The notes below the pieces were generated by a model. It made no database searches, was not told the origin of the DNA, and saw only the letters and a program-made list of their open reading frames with translations. A DNA stretch of 64,000 bases from a virus: IMG/VR virus record IMGVR_UViG_3300020465_000009, positions 6,978 to 70,977 of that record. One strand, written 5' to 3'. Position numbers and translations under genes: made by a program. How positions within the stretch are numbered: the stretch's first letter is position 1; each line of letters begins with the position of its first letter. This document shows, in pieces, positions 18,701 through 31,200 of the stretch.

Positions 18701-19232
18701 GAAATCACTTAACGATCAAATTGTTTATCATCCTGTAAAATACAGAATATTATTTGGGCAATATGCTGACGAAAGTTTACAAGCAACATTTAAAGTAGTG
18801 AAAAATCCAGGAACAAACATATCTAATGCTGTTATCAAAACAAGGGTAGTAGCGGCAATAAATGAATATTTTGCTTTGGATAATTGGGATTTTGGAGATA
18901 GTTTTTATTTCACAGAACTAGCCGCATATATTCACCAACAATTGGCACCAGATTTATTGACAGTAGTAATTGTGCCAAATCAGTCAGGACAGACTTTTGG
19001 AAGTTTATTCCAAATATCAAGTGCGACAGACGAAATTTTTATCAGTGGGGCCACCGTTGATGATGTTTCAATTATAAGTGCCTTAGGAGCAAACCAATTA
19101 GTTGCATCAGGCACAGTAGTTACATCTACAGGAACGACATCAAGCACAACAACTACATCAGGATCAGCAGTGTCAGGCTCTACTACATCAGGATCCGGTT
19201 CAAGTACCGGCAGTAGTGGGGCAGGATACTAA
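15744..19232 (+). CDS. gp6: baseplate wedge subunit (T4 gp6-like)
   Basis: DF.SYDFE.LR, LLDL.AY....L.FR.DLN.RENFL.TA.RR.S..LA and ES..SIR..AP....SQNR.VTAEDY motifs. Confidence 0.85.
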   Translation: MATTDRQNRLLVAEDWTKIYQAFQQADFKSYDFETLRRTMVNYLRENYPDDFNDYVESSEYVALLDLIAYIAQALAFRVDLNARENFLATAERRDSILRLARLINYNVKRNQPATGLLKIDTVTTTEDVRDSTGNNLANQTIVWNDSINSNYREQFISIMSAANTTGQTFGKPREAGNIGGIQTDIYTLSSNQTDLPLFKFTKNIGGVSRNFEVVPSAITGSESIFENEPIVGTGLTYAYRQDGAGDSSNNTGFFFLFKQGNISFQDFSIENSTTNLTQPIGAQNINNSDVWLYKLDDLNQISEKWTQVPSLSGNNAIYNSLSKNVRNIYNVITRDGDAIDLAFGDGNFSNIPLGNFRCYYRTSDNEKFSITPSDMQRINLAIPYIDKNGSQQTLTVTASLKQSIYNSTASESNDSIRDKAPQTFYSQNRMVTAEDYQVVPLSASQEIIKVRSVNRTASGVSRQKEILDPTGAYSSLSIFAEDGILYREEKNNTFTFTFKNKNNILDTINSKVEAKLKLPYSRQFYYLKYGTKNLATLSATWNSTTTSTNLNTGYFTTGTGALKTGIYATSNLKYAKAGSLIKFTSPNTNKFLNGKFVASSTDNATDREWAKIGEVEGDGANNGTGNLETGVGPISLTDIIPNGAVLNAVIPAFTINFTTALKNDLIDRVNAYENFALRYDQENEEWKVITSTNVSTSTVFGLGNAGSTTGTNLDQSWWFNFTNDGNTYTVTYRSLDYIFESEKQNKFHYDVEEKIYDYKTGLAVKDTVKLLKTNSLVSTGNSIGYPLQWQIVDTVTEADGYQDNAKVKVGFYDADDDGVVDNPELFDICVEPDTSPTTKFVFFEKYLSYNNIERFRPYAATNFVVAEKEADITLSSATYSNDQLFYFYDQAEDVVKKYNSTTNTLTTTTDYYGRRGRSSLLFQYKHNAGQETRIDPSVSNIIDCYMLERSYDNLYRIWLQDGGTKPTPSTPDQLRISYSGSLNPLKSLNDQIVYHPVKYRILFGQYADESLQATFKVVKNPGTNISNAVIKTRVVAAINEYFALDNWDFGDSFYFTELAAYIHQQLAPDLLTVVIVPNQSGQTFGSLFQISSATDEIFISGATVDDVSIISALGANQLVASGTVVTSTGTTSSTTTTSGSAVSGSTTSGSGSSTGSSGAGY

Positions 19233-22200
19233 TGGCAGATAATCCACTTAACTCAAGAGCAAACCAAGAAGTTGTAAGTCTAGACAACGGAAAAACTACT
19301 TTCAGAAGAAGTATAGCACACCTTCCTGTTGTTTTCCAAACAGATTCTAACCATAGATTTTTATCAAGCACAATAGATCCTTTGATTCAGAAAGGCGCAT
19401 TAGAAAGACTAGATGGATTTATAGGAAAACAAGATGCTAATACAAGAGTAACAAGTGACACTTATATAAGTGCAACAAGCAGAGATAGAATGGCTTATCA
19501 ATTAGAGCCTACTGTAACTTACACAAACAAAGATACAACATCTATAAATCCTGAAGACCAAGTTTTATTTTCAGGCACGTATGATGATTACATTAATCAA
19601 TTAAAATATTTAGGTGGCAAGGTAGACAATCATGATAGATTGCATGACTCCAATGTCTATTCTTGGAATCCGTCCGTAGATTTAGACAAGTTAATTAATT
19701 ACAGAGAATACTATTGGTTACCGATTGGACCAAACAGTATATTAATTGATGACGTTGGACCAAATGCTGTAACTGAAATAAATGTTACTGCTGTTAAAGG
19801 TGCATTTAAATTTAGTACAACAGGTGATTCAGAAAATCCAAACATAAAATTATACAAAGGAAACACTTATAAGTTCAATGTTGATGCAAAAGGTCATTCA
19901 TTCAAAATCATGACCGAACCTTACAAAGAAGGTATTGCAGAAGATGGATCAACATCAGTGATATATTCCACAGGTGTTACAAACCAAGGTGCCGACAACG
20001 GCACAGTAACTTTTACAGTGCCAACAACTGCTCCGGATGTTTTATACTATCAATGCGGAAATCACAGTGCAATGAACGGAATATTTAATGTTGCTAAAGT
20101 TGAAACAAATTCAAAAATTGATGTTGCAAAAGAAATTTTAGGTGCAAAACGTCACCAATTAAGAACACTTGAAATATCAAATGGTATGAGAATAAAGTTT
20201 GGCAACAATGTTACAGATGCAACAGGCTACGCAAACAGAGAATTTTATGTTGAAGGGGTTGGAGAATCAATTACATTAACTCCTGTAGAAGATTTAATTA
20301 CACCTGAGAGTTATGCAACAACAAGCACTATACCATTTGACAGATATATTTTTGATTCTAAACCATATTCAAAAGCATTTTATCTACCAGAGAAACTTGA
20401 TTACATTACAATTAAAAGAGATTCCCCGGACAGAAATGCATGGTCAAGATACAATAGATGGTTTCATAGATCTGTAATTGAAAAATCTGCAGAAGTAAAT
20501 GGATACACACCTAACCTAGACGAAACTAAAAGAGCAAAAAGACCAATTATTGAATTTGACTCAGGTATAGAATTATTTAATCACGGAAAAATTGCCAAAA
20601 AGTCTGTAACTTTATTTGACACAACAACATTAGATGCATTTAGCACTGTAAGTAATTCCGCAGGGTACATTGTAGACGGTGTTGCACTTGCTGACGGTAT
20701 GAGAGTTGTGTTCGCCAAAGACACAGACCCAATAGTAAAAAATAAAATTTATAAAGTTAATTTTGTTCTTGCCTCAGATTCAACAAAGGTTATAAACTTA
20801 ACTGAAGAGTCAGATGCAGTTGCATCACGAGGTGAAAGTGTATTTGTTGAATTTGGTGAAGACAATCAAGGGAAAACATTTTATTTTGATCATGATGCCG
20901 ACAGTGCATTGACTTGGCAAGATTCTCAGGAAAAAACAAAATTAAATCAAAGTCCGCTTTTTAATTTATATGATAATAATCATGTGCTGATAAATGACGC
21001 TCAAACTTATCCAAGTAGTTCGTTTACTGGTTCTAAAATTTTTAGTTTCCAAACATCCGATTCGGCAACAGAAGATACTGTGCTTGGAATGAAAATTAAG
21101 TACAACACAATTAATAATGTTGGAGATATTGTTTTTGATTCCGATCATACAGACGGAACTTTTACATACAGAAACGGAAATTCAACCGAAACAAAAAATT
21201 TAGCAGAAACACATTTACATTATAACAAAAGTTTAACATCTCATGACTCGGTTGGTGCATGGACAAAGAGACCAACAGGAGCCAAACAAAGGGTTATAAG
21301 AACTTACTTTGTAGATGCTACCGAGAAAAAATTATTTCCTATAGATTTTTATAAAAATTCAGTGGACTTAACTGATCTTGAAGTAAGTGTTTTAGTAAAT
21401 GGTAGTAGAAAAAATTTAGATACAGATTATAAAATTGTAGATGGAACAACATTCAAATACATTCAATTTACAAAAGATCAAACAGTTGGCGATAGAATTG
21501 TTATTAAATGTTACAGCAAAGCGGCAAAAGTTTCCGACAAAGGAATTTATGAGGTCCCGGAAAATTTAGAATTCAATGGCTTGAATGAAAAGACAGGATC
21601 TTTTACATATGGACAGATTGTAAGACATACGCAGGATTTATTTGATAAAGCAACGTATGTGACTGGAGTTTTTCCTGGCGCATCGACATTGAGAGATTAT
21701 CCAGAGGCATATAACGCAGGTGGAACAATCATACAACACGAAGGAAGTTTGGTTCCTGCTGTATTCAATTTAATTGACAAAGAAGCAAATTTAATCAATG
21801 CAATGAACTATTGTGCGATTGAATATGAAAAATTTTACAACAGTTTTTTAACTTACACAATGGATTCACCTTACGAGGGTGTAGCCGCGGACAGAGTAGA
21901 TGAAATATTAGGAGCCATTAATCAAGATAGAACAGCATCTTTTCCTTTCTTTTATGACGACATGATAGGACACGGTGAGGCAAAAACTTTGAGAACATTC
22001 ACAGTTGCAGATGCAAATGATACTGATTATGCTATAGATTCACAATTTAGTTCAACTACTTTAAGCAACAGAGCAGTGTACGTTTATGTAAATGATGTTC
22101 AATTGGTATTGGATCATGATTATACGTTTAGTACAACCGATGATACAATTTCTATATCAAAAACACTTGCAGTGGGTGATATCATAAAAATTTATGATTA

Positions 22201-25200
22201 TTCCAATACAACTGGTAGTTTTATTCCACCAACTCCAAGTAAATTAGGAATATATCCAAAAACAAAACCTGAAAAACTTACAGACGACACTTATATTACA
22301 AACACCGATGTAATTGTAAAGCATGATGGTTCAAGGATAAAAGCATATGGTGATTACAGAGATGATTTAATATTAGAACTTGAAAAAAGAATTTACAACA
22401 ATATTAAAGTTTCTTATGACGCAGAAAAATTAGATCCAAACTCTATCATACCTAGCATTTTCCAAACTACAGAATATACTTTAGATGAAGTTAATGATGT
22501 CATAGGAAAAGATTTTTTCACATGGGCAGGCAGAAACAATATTAGATATATCACAAATGATACTTACAGAGAGCCGGAGCCATTTACATATAACTACGCA
22601 TCATCACTAGGAAAAATTGACGGCAAATTTTTACAAGGACATTGGCGAGCAATATACAAATATGTGTATGACACAGATCGTCCTCATACTCACCCATGGG
22701 AAATGATGGGTCATGCTGAAAAACCTAGCGATTGGGAAAGCACTTACGGTTCAGCACCATACACAGCAGGTAACAGTATTCTTTGGGACGCTGTTGCAGG
22801 TATGTCTGGTAGATATGGCAAGTCAGAAATCAAATCTTATCTACCTGTCGACGATCAAGGTAATCTAAAAAATCCAATACAGATTGGACTTGTAAAAGAT
22901 CTGGATCTGTTTATGAGACAAAGGAATTGGAAGTTTGGAGATCATTCACCCGCGGAAACGGCTTGGAGAAGATCAAGTGCGTATCCTTTCAGCATAGTAA
23001 AAATGATGGCGGTGTTGAAACCTGCCAAATTCTTTAGTATCTTTTTAGATAATTCAAGACTCAAAACAAATGTATCGAATAATTTAATTGACAACGACAC
23101 AGGTATTAGACAAACACTTTCAGGCGCAAAATATCATTTAGAAACAATCACAAATACTGCAACAGGTGTTGTTACAAGATATCAAACAGCAGGTTATCAA
23201 CCTTGGATAGTGAACTATCTGATTCATCAAGGATTAGATCCTAAAACTTTTTACTACGATAAAATGAAAAATCTTAAAGTTCAATTAGGATACAAACTAG
23301 GTGGGTTTACAGATAAAGAAAATATCAAGGTAATGCTTGATAGTATATCTCCTGGTTCTTCAGCAGGTTCAAAATTTATACCCGATGAGAACTACAAAGT
23401 TTTATTTAGAACTTCGAACCCGGTAAACACATACCAATATTCAGGTGTGTTGATTGAAAAAAATACTGAACTGTCAGAAGACGGGTCAACACTTGTAGGC
23501 GGTTATAGGGTAATTGGATACAGTGCAGAAAATCCTTATTTTACTTTTTATCAACCTATTAGAGGAGGTATTACAGGTAAAGTTGAAGTTGGGGGTGCTA
23601 GAGCAGAAAAATTTGCTTCATTCCTTCAAGACGCACAGGTTATTCCTTATGGTCATGTGTTTATGGAAATACAGGATGTCGTTGACTTTTTATTTGGTTA
23701 CGGAAAATATTTAGAAGAACAAGGATTTACTTTTGACAAATTTTCTAAAGAAATCGGTGAAGTACAAAATTTTGATACATCAGTAAAAGAATTTTTATAT
23801 TGGACGACACAAAACTGGTCGCATGGATCAGCAATAACTTTATCTCCCGGTGCTGAAAATTTAATGCTTACAACAAAAAATAGTGTTGTTGGAAAATTAC
23901 GAGGACTATCAGGAAACTATTCAGTATTAGATGCAGGCGGTAAGAAATTTGATCCAAGAGATATTTCTGTTAAAAAATTAGGAAATATTTTTGATATGTC
24001 TTCTATTGGCAAGGAAGGTATATTCAATGCTGAGATGTTAAGTGTACAAAAAGAGCATTTAATTTTATTTGATAACAAGACTGTGTTTAGTGACATATTA
24101 TATGATCCAAAAACTGGATTTAGGCAACAAAGACTTAAACTGATAGGATGGAAAACAGGTGAATGGAATGGAGACTTCTCTGCTCCTGGATTTGTTTATG
24201 ATTCTGCAAAAGTAAATTATTGGACAGCGAACCAAGATTATAAAATTGGTGACACAGTAGAATATCAAGGTAAGTTTTATGTAGCGAAAGTTAATCATAC
24301 ATCATCTAGTAATTTTGAAACTGAAAAATTTATATACAAAACAGAAAAACCTGCTCCACAGTTATTGCCTAACTTTGAATACAAAATTTCACAATTTAAA
24401 GATTTTTACAATCTTGAAACCAACAACTTTGACGAAACGCAACAAACTCTTGCACAAAAATTAATCGGATATCAAAGCAGGGATTATTTAGAGAACCTAT
24501 TTGCTAATGATATTTCTCAATACAAATTTTATCAAGGATATATCCGAGAAAAAGGTACCAAAAATGCTATAGATAAACTATTAAAAGCACAGTACCAAAA
24601 CCAAGATATATCTATCGACCTTTATCCGGAATGGATGATAAGAACTGGCGATATAGGAAATTCAGATGCTAAAAAAAGTGTACAGGTTGAATTCACAGCA
24701 TCAGAAAATTGTGGCACAATACAAAGTATAGAACTTTTAGATAACACAGTTGACTCTCCACAATATGCACGTTCTAAGGTTTCTTATCTAGATACCTTGT
24801 ATGATAAACCTATTGATTATACACCATCTAGTACATTTAGTCAGTTAGATTATTCAGGCGTTGGCATAGATAGAGAAACTCAACAATTATTGCCGACTGC
24901 TGGATATCCACAAGTAACACAGGTACAACATTCAGCATTCCATATCAAAGACTTGAAAAATCTTGATGTGAACAATGTGTCTGGAGCGGAATTAATTTGG
25001 GTAGCAAGTAAACACAATCATGACTGGGACGTATTTAGAATAACTGAAGCAGATTTCAGAATTAAAAATATTACACCTATGAACGAAGCAACGCAGTTAA
25101 AAATACAATTTACTGAAGCACATAGTTTACAACAAGCATCAAACACAACAACTGCCGATTATTTTGCGGTGTCCAATAGTAAATCAAATGATTTAAATGC

Positions 25201-28200
25201 TGTTCATCAAGTCAAATCGGTTGAAAGCAAGGATACTATTATAATAGATTACGCAGGAAATACAAATTTTATTCCAACAGTCGCTGACGGATCAACGGCT
25301 GACACATTTGGCAACGTTTACAAATTCATAAGTGTACGTTTGAGTTCAATGGATGCTGTCAATGACAAGTTGTCATTTTTAGAATATAAACCAGAAGACA
25401 CAGTTATAAACAGGGTTGGTGACAAAGTATTTGCCGATGCCGATTCTGAAGGTTTATGGAAAGTATATGAAAAAGTAAATGCTTACACTAGCCAAGTAAC
25501 AAAATCACCTGATGTCATAGACAATCAAGATTACGGTTACAACATTGTTGCCAGAAACGATGGAAGAACAGTGGTAGTTGCGGCTCCTACAAAAGGACAA
25601 GGAACTTTACATTTCTTATTTAGAGCACAATCAGGATCAACATTTAGTTCAAGCACAAATGACGCATTAGGCACAGTGGTAAACGAAGGTGCTGGAAGTA
25701 GTTTCAGTGTACAAAACTCTGCAACTATGACCGACAACAACGATAATACTAGTAAACTTGGTTACTCATTATCGATGAGTACAGATGAAAATTTTGTTGT
25801 TGCAGGTGCACCTTACACGAACACAGTTGATTCAGACGGAAGTACAAGACAAATAGATTCAGGACTTATAAAAGTTTATGTATGGGACACTGCAACTTTC
25901 AAATATTCTTTATTAAACACTATCAATCCTCCAACAGATGGTTCAACTTCAAATGAAAATTTAAATTTTGGTTGGTCGCATAAAATTTCAGAACCTGGAG
26001 ACAGTGTAAGAAGCACTCCAACAAAATACTTGTTTGTAAGTGCACCTGGACATTTGACAGATACGGGTAGAGTTTATGTTTATAAATGGGGAGTAGGCGC
26101 AGACGGATCAACATATGATACATGGACACAAACATCAGTAATTGAAGCACCCGACGGTGGTAGCAACCAAAGATTTGGACATATAGTCCAAGCAAACGAC
26201 AATGGAGATATTATTGCAATATCTTCCAAATCACCCGGCACTGCTGGAAAAGTTGAAATATTTGTAAGACAAGGCCATACAAATGACGGTAGTACATCTG
26301 ATACATTTAATTTGGTGCAAACATTAACAGGAATATCAGCAGACGGATCTTCACTGAACACTGCATTTGGTGAATCAATGACAATGAGTAAGGATGGAAA
26401 AACTTTAGCAATAGGTTCTCCTGGATACGACGATAGTGTTGACGCAGATGCAGGTGCGGTACACATTTACAAATGGAACGCAGACGGTTCCACAAACACT
26501 TACACTTTAGATCAAACAGTGATATCTCCGGAGAAAAAATCAAATCAAAAATTTGGAACATCTTTAGATATTAATGATAGTGCTACAAGAATTATTGTTG
26601 GAGCCGCAGGTGTGTCGAGTGATAAAGAATTAAGGTTAGATTCTGGGTCAACAAGTTTTGACTTGCAGGCAACTACAATTATAGATCAAAACGTTGGATC
26701 TGGTGGTGCTTACACATTAACAAAATACAATACAAAATTTGTCATAGACGAAAGATTGATTACAAGTTCGGTATCTTCGGACGATGATTTTGGAAGAGGA
26801 GTTTGTGTTATAGACCAATCAGTGTTTGTAGGTGCTCCTGAAGATGATGGAAACATAAGCACAGATGGTAGCACTCTTGCTTCTAATGATGGAACTCTAA
26901 CAATATATGATTGCAATGAATTAAACACATATGCCTGGAAGGCAATTACAAGTGAGACGCCTTTAATAGATAAAGATAGAATAGGTGAAGCATTTGTATT
27001 CAATAAAGATTCAAATTCAATAACAGATTATTTAAATTACTACGATCCAGTCAAAGGAAGATTGTTAGGTGTAGCAGAAAGAGAAATTTCATTCAAAACA
27101 TCACTCGATCCTGCAAGGTACAATTATGGCACATCAGATACCAGCAAGATTGCATGGGGTGAAGATCATTTAGGCGAAGTTTGGTGGGATCTAAGCAAAG
27201 TAAAATGGTTATGGTATGAGCAACACACTCAAGAATACAAAGCAAACAACTGGGGTAAACTATTTCCTGGTGCAGAGATACATTGTTATGAATGGGTAGA
27301 ATCAATTTATCCACCTTCTGAATATTTGATACAATCTAGATCAACAGACGGAGTAGCGGCAGGGATAACCGGAATACCTTACAAAACAGATGATTCCGCA
27401 GTAACAATTAAACAAAAATATGATTCTCGAAAAGACGGATTCGTAAATTATTATTATTTCTGGGTTAGAAACAAAAGCAGTCTTCCAACAAAAAGTGTTG
27501 TTAAGAGACGTATACCAGTAACAACGTTAGAATTAACAATTAGCAATCCTTCAACATCAGGAATTCCTTATTTTGGAGTCACAGATAAAAATAAAGTTTT
27601 AGTGTTTAATTGTGAGAATCTTGTTGTGCCTGGTTCTTCTGTCTTTAATTTTGACTTTAGAAATATCAATTTTGATGGAGATTCATATTCTGTTTGGAAA
27701 CTTATAAGAGAAGATGACAAGAACTTTAGTGTAAACAGCACAATTGAAACTAAATGGTGGGATTCGTTATGTGGTGTAAACACAGCAGGTGATAAAGTAC
27801 CTGATCCGGATCTTAGAGAGAATTTAAAATATGGAAACAGACAGAGACCAAGACAAAGTTGGTATAGAGATAGATTTAGTGCATTGAAACAAATAATTGA
27901 TTATGCAAATACTGTTTTAAAAGAAAATGAATTCGCAGGAAGTTTTGATCTAACAAATTTAAATTCTGAGGATCCAGAACCAACACTTGCATCTGGACAA
28001 TATGATACATCTGTAGATACATATGCAGATTTAACTTATATAAACACTGCTGACATATCAGGTGATGCAAATTATCTAGTGAAATCAGATGAGACAGTAC
28101 AAGGACTTTGGTCAGTGTACAAATGGTCTCAGGCTGGAAAAATATTTACTAGAACAGATACACAAACTTACAAGACATCGAGATATTGGTCATATGCAGA

Positions 28201-31200
28201 TTGGTATGCGTCTGGTTTTGATGCAAACACTATAATAGAGAAACAAATTAATTATCAGTATGAATTAGATTCTACAGATGCCAAAATTGATGCCATTGTA
28301 AAAGTTTTACAAGCAGACACAGGCGGTTGGAAATTATTCAAAAAAACTTCTTCTGGATGGACAAACGTTGGTACTGAAAATGGAACTATTCAGTTGAGTA
28401 CAAAACTTTATGATTATACACAAGATGACACAGGATTTGCTGGAGAAGATAGGTTTGATGATAACACTTTTGACCAAGAACCTACAACAGAAACTAGAAA
28501 AATTTTAGAAGCATTAAAAAATGATTTATTCACTGGAGAATTTGCAATTTACTATAACAAATTATTCTTCATAGGACTAAGAACTGTACTCAGCGAACAA
28601 ACATATGTTGATTGGATGTTCAAAACATCATTTGTAAATGCTAAAAACAGTATCAGACAACTTGACCAAAGAAAAAATTACGAAGTTGGAACAGATGCAT
28701 GGGTAGAATCTTACATAAAAGAAGTAAAACCATTTGCAACAAAATTACGAGAATACAAAATTGGTTACAATAAGCAAGAGGACATGGATGGAATATTCAC
28801 AGACTTTGATAATCCTCCTTTTTATGATCCTCTTAATGCAAAAATTAGAAACGTAGATTTAAATGTAGATACTGCAAAACTTTCACTTTACCCATGGAAG
28901 ATGTACAATGATAGTTACAAAAAATATGTAAAATCAATTACAGTGACATCGGGTGGTTCGGGTTATACACACGTACCTACTGTTACAATTATAGGCGGAA
29001 CTACAGGTGCAAGAGGTCCATTCCAATTATTAGGCACTAGCAGTTCGGGAAGTACTTCTGGAACTTATGGATATTTTTATCCATTGTTTACTAGTGAACA
29101 AAATGCAGAAATTTGGGATAGTCAAAATGGTGGCTCCGGAGTTGCACATAGTCATACTTTTGATGAGTATCCTGGAGTTACTTTTTATATGCCTAACAGT
29201 TCAATGAACCATGGTAAAACACAGGCATCATTGTTATATAAAACTTACGAGACTGATGTGTCTCAGGCAAAAGCCACTGCAAAAATTGTAAATGGCAAAG
29301 TAACTTCTATAACGGTTACTGATATTGGTGGAAACTATACTTCAACACCAACAGTTATTATATCAGGTGGTACAGCGACAGGAGTAAATCCATCAGACCA
29401 GGCAAAAGCATACGCATATTTAGAAAATGACTTGGTTAGAGATTTCAATACAACAATTAAATTTGATAGAGTGCTATCAACTTCTAGAGTAAAAGATTGG
29501 ACTGCACTTGCAAGTTACGTTTATGGCGACCTAATTAGATACAACAACGAATTGTATAGAGCAACAAGTGCCTTTACAGCAACATCAGACTTCGATGAAA
29601 ACGAAGATAAAGTCCAAAGGATTTATGGAGACGAAACTGGATTAACTGCATCAGATAGAACTAAAGGTTTCTACACACCCGGTGATGGAATGCCAGGCAA
29701 CGAATTAAATCAATTAATGGACGGAGTTGACTATGGCGGAACAATGGTTACTGGATTATTGTTCAATGAAGGTAAAGGTTGGAACAACTTTAGTTGGGAC
29801 ACAGTTGGTTGGGATAGATTTAACACATCCAACATACAAACTTTCTACGCAGATGGATCAACAGCAACATATACATTCAAAACTGCTCCTGCATCTTCAA
29901 AAGCATATCAAGTTTATGTTTCTGAGAACGACAGCACAAAAAGAAGATTGAGTGATGTGTTTAGAGGCGACGGATCAACTACTGCATTTACATTAAGCAC
30001 TGTGCCAAACGAAGGCGCAATGATCGAATTTATACCATTTGACGAAGATGGAGTTACAACACCTACAGATGACAGAACACTGGATAATGTGATTAGTGGC
30101 GGATTATTTAGAACTGCGTTAGGTACTGCTCCATCTGATATCATATTGGAAGGAGACGAATTTGTTTCTCCAGAAACAAGTTACGCCCCAGAAGAAGCAG
30201 TACCGGGACAAATATTCGACACAGTAGATATAAAAGTTTATACTGCTCCGGAATCAGGTGTGCCATTTATATCAGATACATCAAGCATTGGTGACGGAAA
30301 CACAAAAGTTTTCAAACTTGGTGATTATCCTGGAACACTTGCATCAGTAACTGTCAGTGTCGACGGAGTTATTAAAAGATTAACTACAGATTACACTGTA
30401 AACGTAAAAACTAAAAAAATAATTTTTGGAACAGCACCGGCCAATAATTCTGTTATAGGAATAAAAACTTTTGCAATATCAGGTGAGAACTATAGAGTGT
30501 TAGACACTATTGTTGGTGATGGTAGTACAGCGACTTATACAACAAGCACAAGGGGTGAATTTAATTTAGATTCAACATCTTCTGAGATGTTCGTAACAAT
30601 AGATGGTGTGCCAACAGTTGCATTTACAAGTAGCACAACAGCAAATACAATTACAATAACTTTCAGTTCTGCACCAGCAGTGAATAGTTTAATACAAATA
30701 GCAGGATTCAATAAATCAACAACTTCATCTAGAAGTTACGCAAGTATCAGAAGAGAAGTAATCACTTACGATGGTTCAACCAACGTAATAGGTTTAACAT
30801 ATCCTCCTGGTGCAATAGGACCATACTCAGGACTGACCATGTTAGAGATAGCAGGAAAAATGTTACGTGGTCCGGACAATTCATATTATATGGGAGACGG
30901 TAGCACTTATACATATGGAGTATCGTCTAGTGTTGGCGAAGATTCAACAGTAGATCCTGCAAAAACAATTACAAGTGCAAGTCAAGTACAAGTGTTTGTA
31001 AATGGTGTAGAGAAAAATTTAAACACTCACTATACCGTTGACATTTCAAACCAAAATGTAAACTTTGTTACTGGAAGTGTGCCTACAGCAACAGATGTAA
31101 TTGCAATAAGCACATTAGTTGATAATCATTACACTGCATCAGGCACAGATATTACTTTGAATACAACACAATTAGGTACCGATGGTTTCACAGTCACTTC

